Assembly: GCA_013115145.1 (NCBI GenBank)
Contig: JAAPAO010000043.1
Coordinates: forward strand, 1 to 64,000
Length of the DNA stretch: 64,000 nt
Origin: Perkinsus chesapeaki ATCC PRA-425
Lineage: Eukaryota; Protista; Perkinsozoa
Direction: 5' to 3'
The notes beneath the pieces were generated by a model that worked only from the letters and a program-made list of their open reading frames with translations, was not told the DNA's origin and searched no databases. Position numbers and translations under genes: made by a program. Shown here one piece after another: positions 35,294 to 46,785 of the stretch. The first letter of the stretch is position 1; each line of letters opens with the position of its first letter.

Positions 35294-36350
35294 TCACGGC
35301 TGATCACCAAGGGCCGACATGTAGCGTAGTGATACTTGATGTACTGAGGACAGCCACGAGGCAAGGCCGATGTCTCTTGACGAGACGTAAGCGAGTGCAA
35401 CAAGCTCTACGGGTGTGGACGAAGGGGAGGGCCGTCTCTGAAGGCACAGACCACGGCACCTGGACCATTCACACAGTCCATTCCCTCTGGACAACCAACC
35501 TGGCAAAGAACACATACTACGGAATACTAGAGACCGAAGCAACAACGGATTCATCCGCCTACTTTATCACAGCCAAGGAAACAGTACCCCGATTTGCAGG
35601 TGGCGGGAGCCGTAATCGCCGGCTGGGGAGGAGGGCATTGGGTATCATCCTGGCAATCGTACGGAGCACATGTAGCATAACGAGAACCATCGCTGTCCGA
35701 GAGACCATAACTTTGCTGTTGATTGGGGCAGGCAGGATGCTGACCCGAAGTAGGCTTTCCATAGTTGTCTGAAAAACGACTGCTAGAGAGTTCTCGGTCA
35801 TCATGAGGTTTACCTGGAAGGCCTTGCTTCTCGAAAAGGCAAATGGGGAATTCATAGAAGAGGGTCTCACAATACATCCTGTCAGGGCAGGCATTACCCT
35901 ACGAATAAGTGGGAAATTCCCAGTAACACGCACCTTCCTTTATCAAAGCTTGTAACTTACTTCCCCGCATGTCAGCAGGCACCAGAGGCCGTTAGATTGG
36001 ACCTTTGCAGTCGTTCCTTCAGGCGCTGGGGGGCAGTCGGTGCGAGGTCTTCCGTAAACCGAACAGATGGCTCCTTGTCGAGATGAGTCCCAAACAAATG
36101 AGAAAGGCTGCTGGCCTTGTGGGCCAGGGCAAGAATCGCCATCAGGCTCGCCATAGTAGCCCGTATCTAACGGCAGCAATTTTAGTGAAGCTCCAGCTGA
36201 GGTAGGGTCACCTGCCAACTCACCAGTGACGCTCTTAAGCATCCTGAGAAGGGGCCGGGATGTATTCTAACAGCATGCCGATAATCCTTACTTTCCTTCG
36301 GTCACCTTGCGAACGGCGAGAGCCACAATGAAGACTTGAGCTGATCGCAT
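35294..36350 (-). CDS. Secreted Cys-rich protein with repeated modules
   Basis: Short hydrophobic N-terminus MRSAQVFIVALAV. Two similar Cys-rich blocks: GYYGEPDGDSCP..DCPPAP..CLLTC and NYGKPTSGQHPACP..QCPPPQP..CFLGC. Confidence 0.55.
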
Positions 36351-37522
36351 GTTTGTTGCTCTTTCGTTGGACGGGCTGTGGCAATAGCTGTAAAAATACT
36401 CCAATAGCACACGTGGATTTCGTACAGCGTAAGTTGTACGCGTCAGCATCTTCTTGGTAGTTGAATCTTCAACCAGTGCCTGGTTGGAACCAACACTCGA
36501 CGTGAAGCTGTTATGGACAGCAGGTCAGTATAAATAGAAGTTCTCCAGCAACCCGAGGAATCCCACTGCGATTTCCCAGGACTAAACTAACCACCACTAC
36601 AGCGACCTTGATAGCGCTTTACCGGCTGGATAAGGCTTGTTTTTGCATTCCCGTCCTGGACTGAGCTTTGAGCGGATTTTTACTGGCTCAAATTGAGCCA
36701 TTAAGGTCTCAAAAGGAGAGATCTTATCATTTGGTTACGGGATTCAACAAACCAAAGCACCTTAACCAATCCACGAGATCCCACCTACGGCCCTAATACT
36801 CTTGCTGATGAAGCAACGGCCATAGCTCGGCCCGAGCAAAGCACGCGTGCGCTTCACAGTGTGAAGCTCATTCGAAGCGGAGGCAAAGACTGATTGACAG
36901 AAAAAAACGAACTAATGATCATGCAGAGAAGCTCTCCATCAAGCTTCATGAAAGCCTGCAAGTTGAAGACGGAGGGGCCCGAGCAGCGGTTGGGGACTAG
37001 TTGCGTGAGCCCGAATCTTGTCATCAACACTGACAGTATCGACAGCGTTATACCGTACTGTGTTCAAGGCTTGAAGTTCAAGCACATGTCTGCATGCACG
37101 AAAAGCTTGCCCCGGAACAGCTGCTGAAAGTAGTCGCTCGTTTCAATGCGCAACTACTCAATCGCGGAGACAGGCGAGAGGAGGCGCGGAGACAGCGCAT
37201 TTACCAGACTTTTTCAATCTCATTTCTTCAATAGAGTACCGTGGACAGAAAATGGATCTCACACTTGGGCAGGCGGACTCACGAGTTATGACCCGAACTT
37301 CTGATGCCTGGTACAAGGCAAAATGCCGCAGTTATACAATGTTAAAGAACATGCGCTGTTACGCGTACGTATTAGCTCTAACGCACAAACTCTCCACGTT
37401 TCACGCTCGTTGTGAAACGCTCACGCCTTATCTCAGGCTGAAATTTTGCACAGCTACGTCCTTATAGCTATCACCATGCAGAATACGAAGCAAATTTACC
37501 GGTGAATTCCAATTTCGACACG

Positions 37523-39568
37523 TTAGCCCCCCTTATCAGCGGTCGATGGCTTCCCGCACGCACGGTGTGGGCGCGCTCCCTCGGGGGCCCCTTCCCCCGA
37601 CCGCGCAGAGGCCTCACGGCCTAGTACAGACTCTGTACTACAGAGGTTTTGGCAAAACAGGAAGCCGCGCACCGAGGAGCATTGACGAGGGTAAGTGATG
37701 AGAGCAGCACTGGCATGCCTTTCGTAAACGAGGTTTGAGAATGACGCGTAGTCACGGGACGGAGTCGCGATGGCTCTTTGCGCGAGTAAAGATGCATACG
37801 TGAACCAAACCAGCAGCACGTTCTCGGGACGCTAACGTTCGGCGAGACTTGGAAAAAATCGTCTTCGAAGATATCTGGGCATGCGGGGCATGTGCCCTGA
37901 CCGACTACTTTAGAACACAATGAATCCAGTTGAAAGGATAAGATAATCCACATCACCCGAGGGCACCATGGTGGCTTGGAGCTAAGCCGACTTTCATGTT
38001 TGCTGACATAGTAACTACAAGAGCACTCAACCACTCTAGCTTTACCGCGATCGAAGACTGCATAGTAACTTCGTAGCAACGTGTTCCCAAGGATCCATAG
38101 GTCTACATTGGAGGTCAGTGATCAACACTCTTCCTGCTGCAGCAGCAGTAGGATGGTTCACCTTTCTTGTCATGCAAACGCATCCCGGCGAAGCCTGGCT
38201 CACAGTCGGAGCCCGTGTTGAAAATGTAGTATTGGTCCGCAGTCAATGGTAATTGGTGAATCACCTCTGGAGTCTCGCCTTGAATAAGTATTGTGATCTG
38301 AAAGAAAAATAAGATCATGAGGGAGGAGCTCAGCCCGCCGATTACATTGGGACCAACACAGTTGTCCGTTTCAATGGCATCAGTCAGCTTAACAATGCTT
38401 TCCACCGGCCCGACTATAAGGCTAGTGCCAGTGTCAACAAGGGCCGGACAAGTTGTGTTGCAAAGATGGAGCCGATGACCGTTAACTGCAATGTCAACCA
38501 TAGGGATGATCCACTCCTGAAACTATCTCTGCCGAAGTAACAGCTGGTTGCCCGGGGCAAGCACTTGGCGTTGTGAGCGTCTCACTGCCTCCACGGGGCT
38601 CCACAATATCGAATGGCCGCGTTCTATGCGCTTGTGTTCTACACTTCCAACTGACAGAGATCCACGGAAGCGGGGATCGAACGAGTAGTAAAAACCGAGC
38701 GTGTGGAATGCAGCGGAGAGGTCAATCAAAGCCAAGCCAAATGGGTCTTCGGGCTCTGTGAAGCCAAGCCTGATGATAGCGAGGAGGAAGTGTTATGAAG
38801 ATGCTCAAGTTAGGTTCTTAGCAACTGAGCTTACCCGCAAATGCCATCCGCGGGGGATGTAGCGAACGGGAATCTGCTCTCGCCGATGCTCACGCCGAAG
38901 GTCACTTGTGGAACAGTAACGTTAGCGACCTGATAAACTTGCTGGTGCACATGTATAGATCCAAACGTGACTTCAATCTTATCGGTTTCACGCTGAAGCT
39001 TCACATCGCCAGTGCCGTAGTGGATTGGAAACTAAGAGGAATAAAAGGGATATTGTTAGACCAGCAGCCGTTACCAGTTTGGAGTCGCTCATCAGACTAG
39101 CTGCAGAGCGTGAGGTGGCTGAACGAGACTCGGCAAAGCGCTGAAGGGGAATGGTCCGTACAAATAAAGAAGTGACAGAGGCTCACTCTATGGCGTCGGC
39201 AAGCCGCGCTTTTGCACCTCCTTCCAGGGACCCATAAGGTGGACGAGCCAGTATCGTACACCACTGAATATACAGGAGCTCTCAACTTTTGAAATAAGGG
39301 CACGGGTACCTCTGAAAGTCTGTCCGGGCGTACCAATCTTGATCTCACCGTAGAACTCAGCATTAAAGAAGTTCGCCAGCTCCAAAGGTTCCTGAGCCAA
39401 CGAGGACGCGCGCATCGCTTTATAATTTCGCCGGAGTGCTGGAAGCAAATGTGAGGCTCGATCCTCTAGACAGCTGTAGGCGCTTTGTAGCGGGATGGTA
39501 GCAGAGGAAGTAGGATAAACCAGCATCATAGCCACCAACAAGGTTACGGTGTGCATCAGCGTTGTCAT
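37523..39568 (-). CDS. Intron-rich pepsin/cathepsin D-like A1 aspartic protease (3' end approximate)
   Basis: Signal peptide; NFFNAEFYGEIKIGTPGQTF; VVYDTGSSTLWVP; ALVDTGTSLIVGP; LLRSYYAVFDRGKARV. Confidence 0.9.
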
Positions 39569-40544
39569 TCTTCAAAAAGCCTCGTTCAGATAGAAGCAAA
39601 AATACAGACCGAGTAACGCAGTTATACACATGTTGACAGAAATTGGAATCAATCTTCAGCGAGGGGTCGTGCAAGAGGCCTTCTGAAAGACTTCGGTCTC
39701 GCTTTGACGGTTTGGTCAGCGGCCACTTTGGAATCGATTTGGGCAGCATCAGACAGACGATCGGAGCATGTAAGAAGGAATAGACTGGAAAGAAGTGTGT
39801 TGCTGTCTTGTGGAGTGGTGGTGACCTACATGAGAACAAAGACGACCAAGGCGATACCTAGGCCTTGTGCGAGCTCCTGTGCGAAGGTGTAAAAGTCTAG
39901 TTCCGATGCACGTGGGCTGTGGGTCATGCAAATAGTTTCCAGTAACTACAGTTGGAGAAATGATTAATAATTAGTCATTAGTCGGGTGGTCGAGTTCAGT
40001 TGATCGATTTGAGACTCACGGCACGCATTTCAACCTCAAGATACGCAGGGGGAATCTTTGCGCATCTGAACTTGACGCACGCAAGATACTGGAGTGATCA
40101 AGTGGTCGTGCGCCTCTGAGGTCGGAGCGTGCAAGATCCCACCACGGTCAACTCATGGTGCATATCTTAGGACCGTCTAGCAACGAAGTGTAGAATGAAG
40201 TTTGACAACCCTGTCCAAACCCGAGGAGTTCCGTTCCTACACGTGGAGCAAGTTCAAGTACTCACTCTTCCGAGTCCACATGCTCGGAAAACCCATCCTT
40301 CCGAGATGGGGATAGAATTATCTGTTCGAGTGGCACTCATGGGGATCCCCCTGATCCCAGTGTTTTCATGGTATTCACAGTCGTTCACGTCCAAACGTTT
40401 TACTTCCACAACGCGAAGCCGTTCAGGGAGAAATAACATACAAATGCACTGTTGCAGTTCGAAACACGTTCAATGGTTCTCGGGTCGAAGGTGACCATCG
40501 TCTCAGCATGACCGCAGTAGGGTTCATCGCAGACTTTGCGATTC

Positions 40545-41777
40545 TCAATGCGAAATTATCTGCCCGACTTCTCCAGGCTGCTGGGACCCGAATGTCGCCA
40601 ACTCGTCGGCACGTTTGTTATGGCGCCTTAGTTTGTGAACCCAAGTGACGTTCATATGATCGGACAGTTCATTGACACTGCTGTCAGCGCGCTCTTTGAG
40701 TCGCCGTAGCTCAGGTTTGTTCACTTTCCATTGAGACGGGCCCATCTGATGTATCACAAGGCTGCTGTCTCCCTGGATAACCAGATTCGCTGGTTCTTCA
40801 ATGAGCTCTTTCACCTTGTCGAGGCCCATGCAGAGCGCCTCGTATTCTGCTTCATTATTAGTTCTTCCAGGACCAAGCTTGAGGGACCAGGCAGCTATCT
40901 CGTCCAGTCGACCCGTGCCGTCCTGCCTATACAGCGCAGCTCCGCTGCCGGCGCTGGATTGTTCCCCTTGGGACCCGCCGTCGAATGTCAGCATCAAGTT
41001 CGGGAGGTTCGCTGGTGGGGGTGCCGGCCCATGGCCATCTTCAGGATGTAATGAGTCTGGTATGCTACAGACCGACACTTGAGATCCCAGGCCTTCTTGA
41101 ATTCGAGACCGTTTCCGGGCAGGTTCAACAAACCGTGAAGCCGCAAGGTAGTTGCCCCGCAATCGGCTTGCTTGAGGCCCCTGAAAACAACGCGTCATTC
41201 TCAGGCAGCCTTTCTCGACGTTACCATGAAGTTGAGGGAGTTGCAAGTTCTATCAAGCTCCATAACCGCATCGAAGTTGAGACTCTGTCGCACCCAGAGG
41301 GTGTTCTTGTACACTTCTGTCCACTTCCAGTCGCCTTCACCGATCTCCAACAGTACTTCATCTACGTCAGAGGTTGATGAGACACCTTCGACAGGGGGTG
41401 CCTCCAATAAGTTGGGCTTGTCGGTCCCGTCGCATGAGGCTCCACGGTGAGCAGCTGGCGTGCCACTGCCAGTGAAGCCTGCAGCTGACACTGGGCCAGA
41501 GAGCTTCTCAGCAATAACCGTTGCGTCCTTTCCATCCGCTACCGCCTTGCCAGATTTAGGGTAGTAGCTGAGGCCTCCACTGTGCTTTTCTAAACGGAGA
41601 TGGAACTGCTTGCCGCCGTTCTTCTCACAGAAGTCACCTGACATGTAGGGTAGGATGTTATAAAGAACGTGAGTCAAGCTCACTCTCATGGACATCCTCA
41701 CCCAGGATGATCGATATCGTTTCAATGAGCTCCCGCAAACTCGAGAAGGACCGCGACAAAGCTTTTGGAGGGGGCAT
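40545..41777 (-). CDS. RNase HI of archaeal/actinobacterial type (RVT_3-like) with an unknown N-terminal domain
   Basis: LTFDGGSQG..AGSGA; RTNNEAEYEALCMGL; IQGDSSLVIHQ..QWKVNKPEL; HNKRADELA give all four acidic catalytic residues. A 44-nt GT-AG intron at 41181-41224 joins the N-terminal exon in frame. Confidence 0.85.
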
Positions 41778-41957
41778 TGAAAGTGCACTTCACAGAAGTC
41801 TGCAAAGGCCCTCCACTCCCACGATCATGTCAGCTTGACAGCTGGTATGCAATTGGGGTTGTCGGTTACTATTTGACGATGACTTTCCTTGACACTTAAA
41901 CGCAAGGCGAAATTGCGGTTTGGAAAAAAGTCCACAGTAAGGAGCTGCCTGTTCTGG

Positions 41958-43180
41958 TTAAACTGCCAGAGAACTCGTCCTTAGTTCGCCTTGGTCTTTT
42001 TCGCAGCACGAGCCTCCATCTTCTTCTCGTGCTTCAAACTCTTAGAAGTGTGAGTTTTCCGCTTGGATACCTGCGATGAGCCAGACATCCAGCTCGTCCC
42101 AGATTACGAAGACGCCTCCTTACCCCCTCCTCTTGTTGAATAAGCCTCTTAGTTGCGTAGGCCGCGATGCCGAAGAATGCAGCGAAGACACCGAGCATGT
42201 ACACTGCCTTCTGGAGACTTGTCATAGAATCTCCAGGCAGGCCCACAGCTGCCCCCGAACTGGACTCGCTCTGAAAATGAAGAGATTCTCCGTAGTCTTC
42301 GATAGAGGCAACATTGGCGCTTTAAACAAGACACTACCTTCAAGATCCCTTCCAAAAGCTCGAACTGACGGGGCGACATCTGCCCGCTCGGCCCACCCGT
42401 GGACTCGGAGTTGAGCAAATTGGTTATCTTCAGGTCATTTTCCAAGAACTTCGCGGGCGAAGATTGGTAGTCCTCTACCCAGAGAGGCGATATTGGAGAG
42501 AGGAGTATCTAAGCTTACTCATGAGCTCAGGAGTCATATAGAAATAACAATTCCTGATCATTCCCATCTGCAAGAACTGCATGGCTTGCTCAGCCTGGAC
42601 CTGATGATGACAAGCACGAATCATTTGGCTTAATACCACATGCCGCTTACTCCGTGTTGGTTCATTATCTCATCCATGGTAGCCTTCAAGTCCTCTTCAT
42701 GGCGATTGAAGTGAATTCTTGCGACGGCCAAGCACGCCGACATCCTATCCTTCCTTTGAGTAGGAGTCAGATCTTCGTCGACCTGACCACAGGCGCCGCC
42801 AAATCCCCCCACAATAGGTTAACCAACGATGAGTACCTCATTAGCTTCGGCCTCCTCTCGTTTAGCCTTCTCGATCGGCGACTCTCCGAGGACATCATCT
42901 TCGTCCTCGTCCTCTTCCTCCTCGTCATCCTAAAAACATCTGGAAATTAACTGCCGTCCCATTAGTCGATTACCATGTCATCAGGCGAGCCAGCGAACAG
43001 CTCATCATCGTCATCAGGGTCCTCTTCCTCCTGTACTTCAACCTGACAGGATAAACTCGGTCGAGCCCCATATCACACCCCCACAGGTACCTCCGTCTCG
43101 GCAACCACGAGGGTTGGAGTCTCCGAAAAGAGAACTGCGAGGGAGAGGATTGAAAGAAGAATCGACCAGTGAACACGCAT
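41958..43180 (-). CDS. Type I membrane protein (signal peptide, acidic lumenal region, one TM segment, basic tail)
   Basis: MRVHWSILLSILSLAVLFSE; D/E-rich exons; KAVYMLGVFAAFFGIAAYATKRL; tail SKRKTHTSKSLKHEKKMEARAAKK. Confidence 0.6.
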
Positions 43181-43731
43181 AGTTGACAAAATACCACTTA
43201 AAAGACGGAAATACACCAGTCTCCAGCTGACCCCTTTTTGTGACGCTTTTTAAAGATATTTTCTAGCTCGGATTGCAGCTCAAGCCGAAAATCTGGAAGC
43301 CCTCATTATCCGAGGGAGCCGGAAATCGAGTGTGTGTCCAACGACTTCTCCCTGGCTACGTAGTAGCTTATCCTTTTCGGAAAATGCTTCATAAGGGTAC
43401 TCGTAGTACAAGAAGACTGCCATCATCCGCTCGTAAGCGTTTGAGGCAGTTCAGCGTCACGCGCCACGAAACTGTTGCGCAAGTCTCACTTTCCGTTGGT
43501 AACAACCGTAGGTCGCCTACCTCTATGCTGTTTACGGGTGGTTGAGGAAATACCAGAGAGCTGTTTTCCTGCCTTTCTCCTATCGCGTCTGTCTCTCCTC
43601 AATTATACAGGCGTTTAGTAGCCCATCGTCTTCCACGATCCTCGTCCCATACCGCTCCTGTCGCTAGTGCAGTTGAAATGGTATATATCTCTACCCAAAG
43701 GATATCAGTTAGTCTATCACTTTTATTAATA

Positions 43732-44696
43732 ATGCTTGCATCATCCGTCACTGGTCTAGCAGGATGTATCCTCACTACAGCACAGTTACCCCTCGGCGTC
43801 CTACGCCGCAAACTTCGCCGCGATCACCGCAAGTACCTGATGACCGCCACTGCAGCAGTCCTGTTGGAGTTTTGGGTACTATGGGGTCTTTCCTGTGGTT
43901 CTAGCATCCGGGATGTTCGTAGGTTACTAAAAAGCACGGCGTTCTAGCTGGGCTGGTGGCCGGGGCCCTCCATTTCGTTGGTAGCCGCCTGGTCATCCCC
44001 GGTATAACCGGCGGCATTGGTTCGGGCAAGTCAACAGCAGTCGCCTGTTTGCAGGCCAAATATGATGTCCAGTAAAACGCCGTGAAACTTCCTCACTGAT
44101 GAGCCAATGTTAGGGTCATTGATGCCGATAAAATTGCGCGGGAAATAATGGAGCCTGGCCGCCCGGCGTTCAAGGAGGTGGTGCAGTCTTTCGGGGACAA
44201 AATCCTCACTTCTCAGGGACAAATCAACCGACAGAAACTGGGAGAAATAGTAAGGAGCACCTTATTCGCAGTTCGCCTTTATACCTGCGTAATGTAGGTC
44301 TTCGCCGACGACAAGTCTCGGGCCTTACTAAACCGCATCACGCACAAGCATATAATCATTACCATGATGTGGCGTTTGTTTTCCTATCGTGTTCTTCCCC
44401 CCTATAACAAACCGCCAATGGTGATGGACGTGCCTCTACTGCTAGAGACGCCTGGTCTACGGTGGGTATGCGACCCTGTGGTTGTCGTTTATGTCGACCC
44501 TCAAACTCAACTCGACCGACTTGTCAAGCGATGCCCCACGGAGAGTGTCACTAACTTGACCAACAGGATAAAGGCTCAGATGCCACTCGACCAAAAGGTT
44601 GCCATGGCAGATAGGGTTCTGGACAACCGTGGAGATTTGAAAAACTTAGAGAAACAAGTTGACGATTTATACGAGAAGGAACTAAAGAATATGTAA
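43732..44696 (+). CDS. DPCK: Dephospho-CoA kinase with a ~70-aa hydrophobic/basic N-terminal extension
   Basis: P-loop GITGGIGSGKST; RVIDADKIAREIMEPG; INRQKLGEI|VFADD; LLNRITH; MDVPLLLE; RIKAQMPLDQK..ADRVLDN. A 50-nt intron at 43898-43947 joins the extension in frame. Confidence 0.9.
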
Positions 44697-44864
44697 TGAT
44701 AATGTAGCTCGCTATTAAATCCTTTTATCTATCCTACTACCATTCAACACACTTGATTTGTATCTCTGCTTTGTGTCCTTTTACCGGCGTCCCTCACTGC
44801 GTCTTGTTGGGTAAATGGGAAGGCTATTGCTGGCAGGTTGCAAGCCAATTAACTGAATTTAATA

Positions 44865-45188
44865 ATGGCAAGCCCACAGTATCATCTAAAAGATCCTTCC
44901 CCGTGCGTATCATCGATGATGCATTCATCCGAGTGTTTCAGCAAACTGGCACAGACTGTCACATCTCTCCCCGCTCTATTCCGGTACCACCACAGACATT
45001 ACGACTCAGTCTACGATGACACCTACACGCCTAAGAACTTCGAGCTCGAGCCGCCGTGTCGTCCTATCGGATGGAGCATGGAGGAATGGCAAATCGCTAA
45101 AGAGACGGTCGCCATGGGCATAACATCGACCATTATAAGAGTTGTGGATCGTCCAGCAAATTCTGCCGCCGCAGTAGCGGGCAAGTGA
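44865..45188 (+). CDS. Small hypothetical protein
   Basis: 107-aa ATG-started ORF between two recognised genes. No motif. Confidence 0.25.
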   Translation: MASPQYHLKDPSPCVSSMMHSSECFSKLAQTVTSLPALFRYHHRHYDSVYDDTYTPKNFELEPPCRPIGWSMEEWQIAKETVAMGITSTIIRVVDRPANSAAAVAGK

Positions 45189-45585
45189 TTATATGACCAG
45201 CACTAAAGTGATGTCTACGTTTTATTTTTATTATTTTATATATTAGTGCGGGGCCGTCGAGGTCCCCGAGTTTAATTATTTCCACGGCGGCCCTCGTGTG
45301 CCCAAATGGGTGCTCGCCGGTACGCCTGACTACTCCATATGGGTGCCGCCTGCCGCGGCGCCTAACATTTTTGTGCGAGTTCTTTCTCCTCGCATAGCGC
45401 GCCCGAGCCGCCTTATATCGGATGGTCAGCCCTCTTTGCGTTGTTATTATGGATATCGATATTGAACAACATGTATTGACCTGCAAATGACTGACGTGCA
45501 TGTTAGATTGTCCAATACCGCCGCCTGTTCAGTTCAGTAACCTAAATTCGCCCGGGAGGTATTCCGCGTACCGGAGCTTGTCCAT

Positions 45586-46616
45586 ATGGATCCGACTCGC
45601 CGGAAAGCTGTATCCTGCATGATAGGCATGGTTTTGGTCCATATAGCACTGCTGCTCGTCTGTATTTATCTGCAGGAGAACCACGACATCCCCAAGTACT
45701 GTGAGACAAAGGGAGTGGTTTCCATACGAATCACCAGGTCGCTCCGAGTGAGCGTTTATATCGTATTCGGGATGCTATCTGGTTTCGGCGGTCTTCTCGT
45801 TTATAACGTAGCGAGGCCGTACGTGGCCTCCACGCCGCTGTGGTGGATGAAGCACCTTCACAACGCCATGCTGGTGTCTCCTATAGTGGTAATGGTTCCA
45901 CCCCGATCATTGTGTTATCCTGTCCCTCTCCAGGTTATGTCGGTTTTGCTTATATTTTCGCGGGCCACGAGCGGGTCGCGCGAAGCAAGCGACTTTTACA
46001 TCCCCGTAACGGTCGGATCTTCACTGCTGTTCATCATGGCCAGCACTATCTACTATGTGATACTCTGGACAGCGCCGTAGCTTATCACAGGCAAGCAGAT
46101 ACTCTGGTACTGGAGGCATCGCCAGGAAATGGACATCTTCAATGTGGACGAGCTAGGCATGTTCGGTGACATCCTCAGAGGGCCCGCTCCGATCCTGCGC
46201 CGCAAGACGTCCCGAGAGCTGGAGGACGTGCTGAATACCTGCACCATCAGCTTGGGGGGCGAGGGGTCCGACGCCCCTCTCCCGGTCGTCATGGGCCATC
46301 AGCGGATGATGTCCTCTTGTCCCATTTGTCTCGAATCGTTCGTAGAAAAGGCAGGTGATGATGATGAGGGCAGCCAGCGGGATGCAAGAGTTTGTCTGAT
46401 CACAGTGTGCAAGCATGTGACCCATCGCGACTGCCTCAAGGTAGGCTCAAGATTCATCTACACCATTCAGTATTATCTATCCATTAGGACTGGTTTAAGA
46501 CGAAGAACACCACCCAGTGTCCTGTATGCAAGCAGAGCCTCCTCCCCGATAGACAGACCTCTAATCAAGAGCGGTCACATTCTGCTGGAGTGTCATCCAC
46601 CGAAGGACGTATGTGA
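45586..46616 (+). CDS. Multi-pass membrane RING-H2 E3 ligase
   Basis: N-terminal hydrophobic segments; CPICLESF..CKHVTHRDCLK|DWFK..CPVCKQ (C3H2C3) after removing the intron starting at 46441. Confidence 0.75.
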
Positions 46617-46785
46617 GCCCTCAAACATGCTCAAGTGCCTCATTATCGTTGATGTTGAACTGATCACAGCTTGTGTTTGCGAAGTATATGACGATGATGT
46701 TCGACTGTATCAAACGCAACTGACCTCCTCTCGCCCAACTCACACGGCTTCATGACATTTCATTGCAAACGCACACGCATGCTGG

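Noticed and set aside
36683-36692. ctggctcaa resembling the perkinsid spliced-leader 3' end
   Set aside because: Only about 9 nt match, it is one arm of a palindrome, and there is no ACCGTAGCCAT or SL-RNA intron/Sm site.
45133-45501. Very basic minus-strand ORF (KAARARYARRKNSHKNVRRRGRRHPYG), possible DVNP- or protamine-like protein
   Set aside because: No proper ATG context and no DVNP or histone motif I can recognise. GC-rich non-coding or antisense DNA readily gives Arg-rich frames.
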